Below, in pieces: positions 36,116-46,330 of a stretch of DNA of 64,000 nt. This stretch comes from an uncultured virus (IMG/VR IMGVR_UViG_3300033150_001117) (taxonomy: Duplodnaviria; Heunggongvirae; Uroviricota; Caudoviricetes). The stretch lies in the IMG/VR virus record IMGVR_UViG_3300033150_001117, one strand, 5' to 3'. The stretch's first letter is position 1; every line of letters starts with the position of its first letter. Below the pieces are notes generated by a model. The model did no database searches and was not told the origin of the DNA. It was given only the letters and a program-made list of their open reading frames with translations. The translations under genes and the position numbers were made by a program.

Positions 36116-36664
36116 ATGGCGAAGAAGGCGACGATCCGATGGTACGGGCCGGAATTCAACGGCAAGATCAAGGCTGCGGCCTACAAGGGCCTGCGGCGGG
36201 CGACGGCCTACACGCAGAAGAGGATCAAGTTGGCGATCAGCAAGCCGGCGATGGTTGGCAAGGGCGGGGCGAAGAGCCCGAGCGCGAAGAGCAAGCGGAG
36301 GCCGCGTCGCTACCAGCACAGCAAGCCGGGCGAGCCGCCGCGGGCGATCACCGGCAAACTGAGGCAGTCGATATTCCAGAGCACGGACAGAAGGCGGATG
36401 CTCGGCAGCGTCGGGACCACGCTCAAGTACGGGGCAGGGTTGGAGAAGGGAACGTCGGCCCACGAGATACGGCCGACGCGGAAGAAGGTCTTGGTCTTCG
36501 GAAAGGAGGGCCGGTGGATCTTCGCGAGGCGAGTAATGCACCCGGGCGTGAAGAAGCGGCCGTACCTATGGGCGACGGTGAAGAAGAACAGGGCCAAGAT
36601 CAAGGCCATCATATTCGGGGCGATCAAGCAAGCCATGAAGGGGCAGGTGAAGCTGGGGAAATGA
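36116..36664 (+). CDS. HK97 gp10-like tail completion protein
   Basis: SKPGEPP..TGKLRQSI, YG..LEKGT, HPG..KRPYL. Confidence 0.75.
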   Translation: MAKKATIRWYGPEFNGKIKAAAYKGLRRATAYTQKRIKLAISKPAMVGKGGAKSPSAKSKRRPRRYQHSKPGEPPRAITGKLRQSIFQSTDRRRMLGSVGTTLKYGAGLEKGTSAHEIRPTRKKVLVFGKEGRWIFARRVMHPGVKKRPYLWATVKKNRAKIKAIIFGAIKQAMKGQVKLGK

Positions 36665-36667
36665 GAT

Positions 36668-37066
36668 ATGGCCACGTTCTACGCGCAGATCAAGAGCCGG
36701 TTCGACGGGAACGAGGCGTTGGTAGCCTCGCCGTTCACTAAGCTCTACATGGGGGACAGCCCGGACGGCGAGGACTACCCGTTCTGCGTGCTCGTGCCGC
36801 AGGAGGAGGCGAAGCAGTCGGGGAGCTTCGGGAGCAACTACTACGAGGAGTCGTTTGAGTTTCACGCGGTAGACCGGACGCAGGAGCTGGTCGAGGCCCA
36901 CGGGGACCTGATCGAGGCGGCGTTCCACGACTGCGAGACGGAACTGACAGTGACCGGGCTGACGGTGATCAGGCTGGACTTAACGGCCCGCCGGTCCTCG
37001 CAGGTCGAGGAAGACGTGTGGGAAGAGGTGCTGGAGTACACGGCCGAGTACCAGAAGGTGAGGTGA
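36668..37066 (+). CDS. tail terminator protein (putative)
   Basis: Acidic, YPFCV motif; synteny. Confidence 0.6.
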   Translation: MATFYAQIKSRFDGNEALVASPFTKLYMGDSPDGEDYPFCVLVPQEEAKQSGSFGSNYYEESFEFHAVDRTQELVEAHGDLIEAAFHDCETELTVTGLTVIRLDLTARRSSQVEEDVWEEVLEYTAEYQKVR

Positions 37067-37070
37067 CGCG

Positions 37071-37616
37071 ATGACGATCAGCCTGGCGGCGAAGGTGCGG
37101 ACGCGGCTGGAGTGGACCTACCAAAACACGCTGGACCTGGCGGCAGCGGAGGACGACAACCAGCTCAGCCTGTTGAAGTCGCTCACTAGCGGCACCAGCG
37201 GCGGCCAGGTCAACAGGATGTGGCATGATCGCCGCCGGCTGTCCCAGGCGAGCGGGACCGACCTGCTCGACCTGGCTGGCGGGCTGACCGACGTGTTCGG
37301 CAACACACTGACGTTCAAGGAGGTCAAGGTGTTGTTAATCGAGAACAAGGGCGTGCGGAGCGGATCGAGCTACGTGCAGACGGCCGGGCAGGACATCCTG
37401 GTCGGCGGGGCGGCCAACGCGTGGGCTCCGTTTCTGGACAACGACGCGAGCGCGAAAGTGAGGTTACGGAGCGGCGGCGTGCTGCTCTGGGCGGCCCCGG
37501 AGGACGGCGGCCGGGTGGTGGCTGGGACGAGCGACATCCTGCAGGTGGAGTGGGACGGGTCGGCTGCGTCGGGGGACGACATCGACTACGACATTGTGAT
37601 CATGGGCGTCGCGTGA
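37071..37616 (+). CDS. tail-region structural protein
   Basis: LDLAGGLTDVFG..TF.EVK..YDIVIMG; synteny. Confidence 0.6.
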   Translation: MTISLAAKVRTRLEWTYQNTLDLAAAEDDNQLSLLKSLTSGTSGGQVNRMWHDRRRLSQASGTDLLDLAGGLTDVFGNTLTFKEVKVLLIENKGVRSGSSYVQTAGQDILVGGAANAWAPFLDNDASAKVRLRSGGVLLWAAPEDGGRVVAGTSDILQVEWDGSAASGDDIDYDIVIMGVA

Positions 37617-37651
37617 AGGCGCCCGCGTCTCTTTCGAGAAGGAGGTGACCA

Positions 37652-38050
37652 ATGGCCACCGTATCAGGCAAGTACGGGCAGGTGGACGCGGGCTCCAGCA
37701 CGTTCGCCCACTGCTACCACTGGACTATGGAGCTGGTCGCCGACGCCAGCCAGTTCGGCATATTCGGCGGGAGCGGCTGGAAGATAGGCAACGTCGGGCA
37801 GCTCTCCGCGACCGGCACGATTGAGGGGGCCTACGATCTGGCCAGCCCCATAGAGGAGAGCATTACGGCCGGCACCGAGGTCACGCTGACGCTGTACCTC
37901 TCGACCGCGAGCGGCGGGAAGAAGCGTGAGTATACCGTGCCTGCCCAGATCACGAGCCTGTCGTATGAGGTAGACGGCGACACGGGTGAGAAGGTGACCT
38001 GGTCGGCGAACTTCCAGAGCACCGGAGAGATCACGCCGCCGAGCGAGTAA
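37652..38050 (+). CDS. major tail tube protein
   Basis: SGKYGQV..W..ATGTIEG..WSANFQSTGEI; upstream of chaperone. Confidence 0.7.
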   Translation: MATVSGKYGQVDAGSSTFAHCYHWTMELVADASQFGIFGGSGWKIGNVGQLSATGTIEGAYDLASPIEESITAGTEVTLTLYLSTASGGKKREYTVPAQITSLSYEVDGDTGEKVTWSANFQSTGEITPPSE

Positions 38051-38069
38051 ACCTAACAGGAGTACCGAT

Positions 38070-38594
38070 ATGGATGGAGCGAGTCGCATGTTCGCGGCGC
38101 CCGCCGAGATCAAGCTGGGCGGGCGGACCTTCCGGGCCAGGGGACGTCTGGCCCGGCACTACGCCGAGATGGAGCAGCACGTGCTCTCACTGCGGCCGAA
38201 GCCTATCGCCGTAGTGAAGGAGAGCTTAGCCCTGTTCGATGGCGACCCCGACATGCAGGCGGAGCTGCTCCGTTTGGCCGTGCAGGAGGCCTGCCGGGCG
38301 AAGGCCGTCACGGGCATCGAGCTGCGCGACTGGATGAACACGGTGCCCGGTACGGCGTTCGTTACCTGGCTGGCAATCCGCGAGGACGCCCCGGAGGTGA
38401 CGCGGGAGCAGGTGCAGGAGTGGCTGCTGGAGGACGTGGATCGCGTCGCTCAGCAGCTCTACGAGGCGACGGCCGGGCTGCCGCCGGACGAGGCAATCGA
38501 GGCTGCACAAGAGCAGGTGCTCACGCCATTGCACGATCAGCTTGACCGCGCGTCGGGGGAGGACCCCGCGGGAAACTTGACTGGCCCGCCATAG
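38070..38594 (+). CDS. tail assembly chaperone (gpG-like)
   Basis: Between tube and TMP; ends near slippery G GGA AAC. Confidence 0.7.
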   Translation: MDGASRMFAAPAEIKLGGRTFRARGRLARHYAEMEQHVLSLRPKPIAVVKESLALFDGDPDMQAELLRLAVQEACRAKAVTGIELRDWMNTVPGTAFVTWLAIREDAPEVTREQVQEWLLEDVDRVAQQLYEATAGLPPDEAIEAAQEQVLTPLHDQLDRASGEDPAGNLTGPP

Positions 38595-38833
38595 ATGGCG
38601 GGCGAGACGATCAACGTTACCGGCCGGTTCCGTGGCGGCGCATCTGCCGGAGCCTCGCCGAGCAGTACGGGTTCACGCCGACAGAGGTAGGCGACATGAC
38701 CCTCTATCAGATACGCACGCTGATGAGCGAGATAGAGTCGCTGGGCCCGGGGACCTTCCGGACCGACGAGGCGGGCGCCGCGGCCGCGCAGGCCACGATC
38801 CAGCAGACTCGCAGATTGAGAGGGTTGGCCTAG
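38570..38833 (+). CDS. -1 frameshift extension of tail chaperone (gpGT-like)
   Basis: GGGAAAC 38570-38576 in X XXY YYZ phase; -1 frame open to TAG 38831-38833, encodes YGFTPTEVGDMTLYQI. Confidence 0.75.
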   Translation, partial: GKLDWPAIDGGRDDQRYRPVPWRRICRSLAEQYGFTPTEVGDMTLYQIRTLMSEIESLGPGTFRTDEAGAAAAQATIQQTRRLRGLA

Positions 38834-38834
38834 C

Positions 38835-40718
38835 ATGGCACTGAAGCTCGGAGAGGCGTTCGCCTTGGTCGGCGTGAAGACCGGGGCCTTCGACCGTGGC
38901 ATGAGAGGCGTGGCGGCCCGGTTCCGTTCGGGCCTAAACCAGATGCAGGCGGTCGCCAGCCGGTACGCCGGGCTGATCGGCGCGGCCCTCGGCGCCGGGA
39001 CGCTAGCCTGGATCGTAAAGGTCTCGGCCGGGTTCGAGCAGTCGATGAATCGCGTCCGGGCCATCAGCGGGGCGACCGGCACGGACATGGCGGCGCTGAC
39101 CGAGACTGCGAGACAACTCGGAAAGACGACGATGTTCACCGCCCGGCAGGCCGCCGAGGCGATGGGGTTCTTCGCGCTGGCTGGCTTCAAGGCGAAGGAG
39201 ATCATCGCCGCGATGCGTCCCACCCTGGACCTGGCGGCCGTCGGGCAGCTCGACATGGCGACGGCGGCTGACATCGTTGCCAAGAGCATGAAGGGCATGG
39301 GCCTAGGGAGCGGCGAGGTTGGCCACCTCGTGGATGTGCTCGCTAAGGCGATGACGAGTGCCAACACCGATCTGAGCCAGCTCGGCGAGGGGCTGAAGCA
39401 CGTTGGCCGGGTTGCGACGGAGGCGGGGTGGTCGATGGAGCGAACGGTCTCGGCGGTGATGGCCCTCCAGGACGCCGGCTTCGTCGGAAGCATGGCCGGT
39501 ACTTCGCTGCGAAACATCATCATCAGGCTATCCGGCGGCATAAAGGAGGCCAACAAGGTCTTCAAGAAGTACGGGATCGAGATTGTAGATGCCGGCGGCA
39601 AGACGCGGGACCTGTCGGATATCGTGGCAGATATGAACGCCGCGTTTGCCGACGTGGGATCGGCCCAGAAGATGGCCGATGTGATCGGCGCGTTCGGTGC
39701 CCGGGGTGGCCCTCAATTCCTCGCCTTGATGTCAATAGGGGCAGAGCGCATACGTGGGTTTGAGCAGGCCATGAAGGGGGCCGACGGCACTGGCCGGGAA
39801 ATGGCCGACATTATGATGAAGGGACTGACAGGAAAGTTCGTCGAGCTGAAGTCGGCCCTGGAGGGGCTCGCGATAACGCTAGGTAACGTGTTGCTGCCCT
39901 ATCTGACTGATTTCGCGAAGCAGCTCAAGGGCTTGACTGGCGGCGCGGACGAGGCGGCGGCGAGCACCGACGCCCTCGTCAAGAACGTAGGCACGCTGGC
40001 CGACGTACTCGCGATCTTGTATCGGAGCCTGCGATCGGTAATGTCTGGCCTTCGCGGCATGGTGGCAGGAACGGCAATGGTCTTAGATAAGACCTATGAA
40101 CTGACGGGCGCCTACAAGATAATGCCGGAACAGGTTGCGGCGGCTTATAAAGCCGCCGCGAAGGCGGCCGTCGAGGCGGCTGAAGAGAGTCTGGCGGCCT
40201 TGACTGAATTATGGAAAGAGCCACTGCCCTCGACACGAGTCAGAGGACCAGGTAAAGCAGCCCCGCCGGGCGCAGCCAAGCCGACCGGGCCGCCGGCCAC
40301 GGAGGCTGAGCCGGGATGGGGGCTAACAATAGCCGGCGCTCTGAAGTTGCAGGCAAAGCGGGAGCGTCTTGGACGAGAAGCGAGAGAGGAGCAGCGGCGA
40401 CAGGCCAGGCGCTTCGCGTCAGAGATAGGCGGCCTCTGGTGGCTCGGCAAGGAACGGATTGCGGGGACGATCGGGCTCAAGCGAACCGAGATGGGCATCG
40501 CGGCGGCCCAGGAGCGGCTGGCTGCCGCCCGGAAGACGCCGGAGTTTACAGCCATAGCCGACTTTGCCAAGTCCATTCAGACCCGGCTCTACGACAAGAA
40601 ACAAGTTGACCTGGCCAAGAAACAGCTCGACGAACTGAAGAAGCAGCGGGAGATCCAGGAGAACCGGCTGAAGTCGATCGACGAGCAGCTAAAAAAGGGC
40701 ATAGTAAGGGCGCAGTGA
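38835..40718 (+). CDS. tape measure protein (TP901 family)
   Basis: FEQSMNRVRAISGAT, ARQLGKTTMFTARQAAEAM, GSMAGTSLRN. Confidence 0.92.
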   Translation: MALKLGEAFALVGVKTGAFDRGMRGVAARFRSGLNQMQAVASRYAGLIGAALGAGTLAWIVKVSAGFEQSMNRVRAISGATGTDMAALTETARQLGKTTMFTARQAAEAMGFFALAGFKAKEIIAAMRPTLDLAAVGQLDMATAADIVAKSMKGMGLGSGEVGHLVDVLAKAMTSANTDLSQLGEGLKHVGRVATEAGWSMERTVSAVMALQDAGFVGSMAGTSLRNIIIRLSGGIKEANKVFKKYGIEIVDAGGKTRDLSDIVADMNAAFADVGSAQKMADVIGAFGARGGPQFLALMSIGAERIRGFEQAMKGADGTGREMADIMMKGLTGKFVELKSALEGLAITLGNVLLPYLTDFAKQLKGLTGGADEAAASTDALVKNVGTLADVLAILYRSLRSVMSGLRGMVAGTAMVLDKTYELTGAYKIMPEQVAAAYKAAAKAAVEAAEESLAALTELWKEPLPSTRVRGPGKAAPPGAAKPTGPPATEAEPGWGLTIAGALKLQAKRERLGREAREEQRRQARRFASEIGGLWWLGKERIAGTIGLKRTEMGIAAAQERLAAARKTPEFTAIADFAKSIQTRLYDKKQVDLAKKQLDELKKQREIQENRLKSIDEQLKKGIVRAQ

Positions 40719-41548
40719 TGACCGTAGCTTATACCGAGAAGAGGCGAGGGCTCAGCTTCGGCCTGGGCGGAGCGACTGCCACCCGCGTGCTCCAGATTGC
40801 CGGCTCCGATCTGGAGGCCCTGTGTGAGGAACTTTTCTCGGCCCACTTCATAGCGAACTTGGGCTACTCGATCGGCAAGCGTGCGGCCCACCCGACCTAC
40901 GACTGGCTGTTGGCCGACGCGATCAGCTTCGAGCCGGGCGACCCTGAGAACCCGCCCTCCGGTGCCGAGGAGGAGTACGCCCTCCTCGACGCGACGGTGA
41001 CGTACCGGGGGGAGCGGATCTCCGGCGGGTTGGGCGACGCGAGCATGGAGCCGGGCAGCACCCACCTGACGCACACCCGGACGGCGACGGCCGAGATGAT
41101 GACGCTGCCGGGCCACGGGTTCGTTTGGGACGACGGTGACCCAGTCAGCGAGGATGTGGACACGGGGATCGTCGTCCCGACGGTCACACACGAGTGGACG
41201 TGGCACTACGTAATAGACCCGCCGTGGTCGAACCTCCGCAAGTACCTGGGTACGGTCAACCAGGCCGGGACGCCGTACAACGACGCGGTCGCTGAGACAC
41301 TGCTGTTCGCGGGCTACTCGGCGAACAAGGAGTTCAACGCGGACGGCGACACGGTCTGGGAACTCGGGCTGACGTTCATCGAGAAGTTCATCGACCTGAC
41401 CCCCGACGTGCCGGGCGGGCCGGTCTACGGCTGGAACCACTTCTGGCGGGCGAACCACGACCCGAGTTGGTGCAAGCTGAAAGATGCGGAGAGCGGCAAG
41501 TTCGTCTATCCCTCGGGCAACCACAACAACATCTTCTTGAGCGAGTGA
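40715..41548 (+). CDS. putative tail tip/distal tail protein
   Basis: Immediately after TMP; GTVN..ETLLF.G..GWNHFWR. Confidence 0.55.
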   Translation: MMTVAYTEKRRGLSFGLGGATATRVLQIAGSDLEALCEELFSAHFIANLGYSIGKRAAHPTYDWLLADAISFEPGDPENPPSGAEEEYALLDATVTYRGERISGGLGDASMEPGSTHLTHTRTATAEMMTLPGHGFVWDDGDPVSEDVDTGIVVPTVTHEWTWHYVIDPPWSNLRKYLGTVNQAGTPYNDAVAETLLFAGYSANKEFNADGDTVWELGLTFIEKFIDLTPDVPGGPVYGWNHFWRANHDPSWCKLKDAESGKFVYPSGNHNNIFLSE

Positions 41549-41549
41549 C

Positions 41550-42653
41550 GTGGGCCCACTTAAACGCTGGCATGCCGGCGACCTGATAACGCACGGCCGG
41601 CTGAACAAGATGCAGGCGCGGGCGGAGCTGGCCGCCCGGGTGCGCGGCAGCGGCGCGACCACAGTGGGCGTCAGCACCACCGGCATCAGGGTCGGCACTC
41701 CCTACGCGGCCAAGGCGTTACCGTTCCTGTTGCAGGCCGGCCTGACCTACGTCGCCTCGACCTGGCAGCCGCCGTACACGGACGGGGCCCAGGCGCTGCA
41801 CTACAACCCGGCTACCGGGACGTACTCGCCAGAGGCCGGCCGCACGGCGAGGCTTTACCATCCGCTGGGCGCCAGGGACGGGAACAACGTCTACCTGCCG
41901 ATCCCGGCGATGACGGCCGGTATGGTGGTCTACGCCGCCTGGAACCGGCAGAGCGGCCGGTGGGAGATCGTGTGGTGGAGCGCAAAATACTGGGCCGTAG
42001 CCCAATCGGACTGGGAGGAAAACGGTTCTTACCCCGCCGGTGACCCGAAGGTCAGCGTAAGGGTCTGCGACCGCAAAGGAGAGAACGAAGGCGGCAGTGC
42101 CTTTGATGTTTACCTTCCTCGCAACCCGCGGAGCCCTAGCGGGAAGGAACACGATGCCGATCCGGCCGTCTACGAAGGTTGGGTTATCGGCTGGGAGCTG
42201 GACAGCGAGGGTACGCCGATTTGTACCACGCCCTACCTGCACATGGGCAAAATTAAGGATATTCGCATACAGGGGGCCGACGACATCGTTCCCACGGGCT
42301 GGCACGAGTGCGACGGCAGCAACCAGACGGGCAACGCGGGGGCGTTCGATCTGGCGAATTTCAAGCGGGAGTACGCCCTCGGGAACCCGCCCCACACCAG
42401 AAAGGTCGGGGCCTTTCCGCGGCACCGTTCGGACGACGAGGCCATAGGGGTCGCCGGGTGCTGGTCACACATGATCGACGCGATCGGCCAGCACGGCGGC
42501 GTGGAGGGTACGGAAGTCGTACATGTCTTCGATCACACCCCGCAAGGGGTGCCCGTCGGGTCCGAGGCCCAGGATGACGCCGGGGATGCGTTTGCCGTTG
42601 AGGGTGGCGAGTACCCGGCCGAGACCGTGTTGTTTATCCAGAGATATAAGTAG
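41550..42653 (+). CDS. tail tip/fibre protein with collar-like motif
   Basis: GDLIT..RLN; VPTGWHECDGSN; C-terminal FIQR. Confidence 0.55.
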   Translation: MGPLKRWHAGDLITHGRLNKMQARAELAARVRGSGATTVGVSTTGIRVGTPYAAKALPFLLQAGLTYVASTWQPPYTDGAQALHYNPATGTYSPEAGRTARLYHPLGARDGNNVYLPIPAMTAGMVVYAAWNRQSGRWEIVWWSAKYWAVAQSDWEENGSYPAGDPKVSVRVCDRKGENEGGSAFDVYLPRNPRSPSGKEHDADPAVYEGWVIGWELDSEGTPICTTPYLHMGKIKDIRIQGADDIVPTGWHECDGSNQTGNAGAFDLANFKREYALGNPPHTRKVGAFPRHRSDDEAIGVAGCWSHMIDAIGQHGGVEGTEVVHVFDHTPQGVPVGSEAQDDAGDAFAVEGGEYPAETVLFIQRYK

Positions 42654-42664
42654 GAGGCGAGGCG

Positions 42665-43354
42665 ATGGGCGATTGGGCCATCGGCATCACATCTGCCCCT
42701 CGCCCGACCGACTACCTGCCGGCCACGATCCGGAGCCTCGGGGAGGCCGGCTGGCCGGAGATCACGGTCTTCGCCGAGCCCGGGACCCCGGTGCCGCCTG
42801 GAGTGCCCTCCGTCGTCGCCCAGCGTCGCCTGGGGCCGTGGCTGGCCTTCCGAACGGCCCTCGGCAGCCTTCTCGCAACCGGCCCTCAGGAGGCGTCTCT
42901 GGCCGTGTTCCAGGACGACATTGTTGTCAGCCGGAACCTGCGAAAATGGCTGGACGCCGAGCCGTGGCCCCCGGAGGCGGGGGTGGTGTCGCTCTACCTC
43001 TCCGAGACGCAGGCCGCGGGGCGGCCGCTCGGCTGGTCTGCGCTCGATCCGGACCGGAACCCCTACGGCGCGTGCGCCGTGGTGATGCGGCCGGACGCGG
43101 CTCGGCGGCTGCTCGGCAACCCGCCGCACAAGGGCGACGGCCGCATGACGGACACCTGGCTGGGGGTCTTCTGCGAGCGGGCCGGGCTGCGGTTCTGGCA
43201 GCACAAGCCCAGCCTGGTCCGGCACGTTGGCCGGCAGTCCTCGCTGAGCCGGCCAGGCCGGAGGCCGATCGTGCGGCCGTGGATTCCCGCGAGGCACGAG
43301 GGGGACTTCTGCGAGGATGCCTCGTTATTAGCCCACGGCCGGATCACGGTATAA
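42665..43354 (+). CDS. glycosyltransferase (GT-A fold)
   Basis: YLPATIRSL, AVFQDDIVV, PSLVRHVG. Confidence 0.7.
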   Translation: MGDWAIGITSAPRPTDYLPATIRSLGEAGWPEITVFAEPGTPVPPGVPSVVAQRRLGPWLAFRTALGSLLATGPQEASLAVFQDDIVVSRNLRKWLDAEPWPPEAGVVSLYLSETQAAGRPLGWSALDPDRNPYGACAVVMRPDAARRLLGNPPHKGDGRMTDTWLGVFCERAGLRFWQHKPSLVRHVGRQSSLSRPGRRPIVRPWIPARHEGDFCEDASLLAHGRITV

Positions 43355-43377
43355 TAGGGACTAAGGAGAGAAGTGCC

Positions 43378-43791
43378 ATGAAATCGCGAATAGGTGAATC
43401 ACTGTACAAAGGCAGTCCGCCGGTCGTGGAGCAACTCTGTTTCATGGGTTGGCTGTCGCGTCATTCCTTGGGACGATCGGACAGCATTTTATTCCTGTCA
43501 ACTAAACGCGAGCCATTCCTGAAAGTATTACAGGATCGCCTCTCTGAGAAAACGGCGACAGTCCGTTATTGGTTCACGACTCTTGCGTGTAGCGAAGACG
43601 AATACGAGGACGATCGATTCGTGACGCAACACTTCGGAAAGATAGACGTTCGTTTTGGCGATCACGAAAGATTCACACTCAACGAGTCTCGTAGTACCAG
43701 GTATAATCTTCTAGAAAAAATGAACGACAACATTGGGAAGTGGCTCAGACTAGAGATATACGTGCACGGAAATAACGCCGGGGCAGACTAG
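43378..43791 (+). CDS. moron-like hypothetical protein
   Basis: TATAAT 43350-43355, AAGGAG RBS, AT-richer. Confidence 0.6.
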   Translation: MKSRIGESLYKGSPPVVEQLCFMGWLSRHSLGRSDSILFLSTKREPFLKVLQDRLSEKTATVRYWFTTLACSEDEYEDDRFVTQHFGKIDVRFGDHERFTLNESRSTRYNLLEKMNDNIGKWLRLEIYVHGNNAGAD

Positions 43792-43834
43792 CATGGGTGG
43801 AACCAAAGCCTCCGCAGCGGTGCTGAGTTCAGGC

Positions 43835-44503
43835 ATGGGAGCCAAGGTCTCCGCCGTGGTTCTGAGTTATCGCAGGCCGCGGAACGTCAAGCGGATCGTG
43901 GCCGGGCTGCTGGAGCACCGCTTCGTCGAGGACGTGGTGATCTGGCACAACGGCGAGCACGAGAGCCCGAAGGTCCCGGTGGGCGGCAGGTGCAGGATGT
44001 TCCTCTCCGGTGAGAACAAGTACACCTACGGTCGGTTCCTGGCCCTGCGTTTCTGCCGGTACGATATAATACTGACGGTGGATGACGATTACCTTGTCCA
44101 GAATTGGCCCGAGCTTTTGGCCCAACACTACAGCCACCCATGGGTCGTCACGGCGGGCCTGACGCCCGGCCACTACAACGCGGATCGGAACAACCGTTGG
44201 GGGACCTGCCACGAGGTCCTGTTGGGTTTCGGCTCGGTCTTCAATCGGCGCATTGCGGAGCCGGCGTTGCAGCAGTATATCGACACCCACGGCCACGACG
44301 AGGTGCTCCTGCGGAAGGCCGATCGCCTGTTCACCATGCTGACAAACAGGCACCACAACGTCGTGCCGGCCGACGTGGAGGAGCTGCCGCTGGCAAGGGA
44401 CGAGGAGGTCGCCCTGTACCGTCGAAAGGACCACGGCCCACTGACGATCGAGGCGAGGCGGCGGGCTTGGAAGATACTGGGCATAACAGGAGCTAAGCTG
44501 TGA
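43835..44503 (+). CDS. glycosyltransferase (GT-A, GT2/GT64-like)
   Basis: VVLSYRRP.N, VVIWHN, YGRF, ILTVDDD. Confidence 0.75.
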   Translation: MGAKVSAVVLSYRRPRNVKRIVAGLLEHRFVEDVVIWHNGEHESPKVPVGGRCRMFLSGENKYTYGRFLALRFCRYDIILTVDDDYLVQNWPELLAQHYSHPWVVTAGLTPGHYNADRNNRWGTCHEVLLGFGSVFNRRIAEPALQQYIDTHGHDEVLLRKADRLFTMLTNRHHNVVPADVEELPLARDEEVALYRRKDHGPLTIEARRRAWKILGITGAKL

Positions 44504-45447
44504 GACTACTGATCTTGTACGATCGTAACGGCTGGGCTTACGAACGCAGGGCGAAGGCTCTACTAAAGCACACGCAGAAAGAATGGAACACGACAATCGC
44601 CTTTTCCAATACGCCTTTTTGTTCGACGTTGCTGCCAGGTGCGCCAGGCCGGCGGCGGCAATTCGATGCGGTATTCCTGCTCGATTATGCAATGGCCACA
44701 ACGGTTCGGGAACGGATGCGGAACCACAACTGGGGCTGCCCGCTGATCGTCTCTTTCAACACCGGCCCGATGCGTCGCCGGGGGATGTGGCAGCAGGTCT
44801 ACGACGCGGCCGACTTCGTGATTTGCAATAGTCAGGCGACATACGAGTCGTGGAGCAAGCACCCCAGGAGGTGCTGTATCAGCAACGGCGTGGATCTGGA
44901 CACATTCACGGTCAAGACTCCCCTGGCCGAGCGGGGCGAGAAGTGCCTGTGGTACGGGCGGGCGGGCAAGGCTCGGAAGGGGCTGCGGGAGGTGCTGCGG
45001 CCGCTGGCGAAGCTACTGGGAGAGCACGGCTTCACGTTCGACTTCCGCGAACTGCCGGCCGGGGAGCCGCCGATGACGACGCCCGAGCTGGTCGAGTGGT
45101 ACAATCGGGGAGCCTACGTCCTATGCGCCAGCGAGCCTGGATACGAGGGGACGCCGAACCTGGTCACTGAGGCGGTGGCGTGTGGGTGCGTGGCCGTAAC
45201 GACGCCCACCGGCAACGTGCTGGAGTGGGGCCGCGACGGGGAGAACTGCCTGCTGGCAGATCAGAACCCGGTATCGTTCCTGGACAAGTTGTTCGAGGCG
45301 AGGCGGCGGCGGCTCCAGTTGGCGAAGGCCGGCGTCGCCGCGTTGCAGTCGTGGGGCTGGAGCGAGCGGGCCCCGCACTTCTACCGGCTGTTCGGGCGGA
45401 TCGTGAAGGAGGGGGCCGTGGGGCCGTTCAGTTACATGGACGAGTAA
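44500..45447 (+). CDS. glycosyltransferase family 4
   Basis: SNGVDLDTF, EGTPNLVTEAVACG (EX7E). Confidence 0.85.
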   Translation: MRLLILYDRNGWAYERRAKALLKHTQKEWNTTIAFSNTPFCSTLLPGAPGRRRQFDAVFLLDYAMATTVRERMRNHNWGCPLIVSFNTGPMRRRGMWQQVYDAADFVICNSQATYESWSKHPRRCCISNGVDLDTFTVKTPLAERGEKCLWYGRAGKARKGLREVLRPLAKLLGEHGFTFDFRELPAGEPPMTTPELVEWYNRGAYVLCASEPGYEGTPNLVTEAVACGCVAVTTPTGNVLEWGRDGENCLLADQNPVSFLDKLFEARRRRLQLAKAGVAALQSWGWSERAPHFYRLFGRIVKEGAVGPFSYMDE

Positions 45448-45529
45448 CCTGGCACAAGGAGCAAGGCCATGGCTGGATCGGGCGGGCCCTGAAATCGGTG
45501 GGGTGCGAGTAGAGACGGAGGATATTCAG

Positions 45530-46330
45530 GTGAATAGTTGCATCAAGTGGCACGGTGGGAAGCACTACCTGGCGACCAAGATCATCAAGCTGATGCCGCC
45601 GCACGTTCACTACGTCGAGCCCTACTTCGGCAGCGGGGCCGTCCTGTTCGCCAAAGACCCGGAAGGCGTGTCGGAAGTAGTGAATGACAGTAACGGCGAT
45701 CTGATTAACTTTTGGACAGTGCTCCGTGGACCGAAATGGCGAGAGTTTTACGAGCGGATGCAATTCACTGTAATGTCGGAATGGGCATGGCAAGAGGCTG
45801 GGTTAGATGTTCCCCGCGATTCTCTTATGCGCGCATGGGCCTTTTTCGTCCGCTGTCGCCAATCACTCGCCGGACGGATGCAAGAGTTCGCTACATTGAG
45901 CCGGACCCGGACTCGCAGGGGAATGAACGAGCAGGCGTCGGCGTGGCTGTCCGCTATCGAAGGTTTGCCCGCCGTGCACGCGCGACTGAAACGTGTAGTG
46001 ATCCTGAACCGAGACGCCTTGGACGTGATTCGGCAGCAGGATGGGCCCGAGACGCTGTTCTATCTTGATCCGCCGTACCTGGCTCAGACTCGGGCTGCGA
46101 AAGAGATATATCAGCACGAGATGACACTGGGGGAGCACCACCTGCTGTGCGAGGCGCTCGTTCGGCTGAAGGGGCATTTCATACTGAGCGGTTACCGGAA
46201 CAAGTTGTACGACACCTTCGCCCATAAGTGTGAATGGCACCGCGCAGACTTCGACCTGCCGAACAACGCGGCTGGGGGGAAGCGTAAGCGGAGAATGACC
46301 GAATGTGTCTGGGCGAACTATCAATTATGA
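45530..46330 (+). CDS. Dam/D12-class DNA adenine methyltransferase
   Basis: KWHGGK, YVEPYFGSGAV, FYLDPPY. Confidence 0.9.
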   Translation: MNSCIKWHGGKHYLATKIIKLMPPHVHYVEPYFGSGAVLFAKDPEGVSEVVNDSNGDLINFWTVLRGPKWREFYERMQFTVMSEWAWQEAGLDVPRDSLMRAWAFFVRCRQSLAGRMQEFATLSRTRTRRGMNEQASAWLSAIEGLPAVHARLKRVVILNRDALDVIRQQDGPETLFYLDPPYLAQTRAAKEIYQHEMTLGEHHLLCEALVRLKGHFILSGYRNKLYDTFAHKCEWHRADFDLPNNAAGGKRKRRMTECVWANYQL

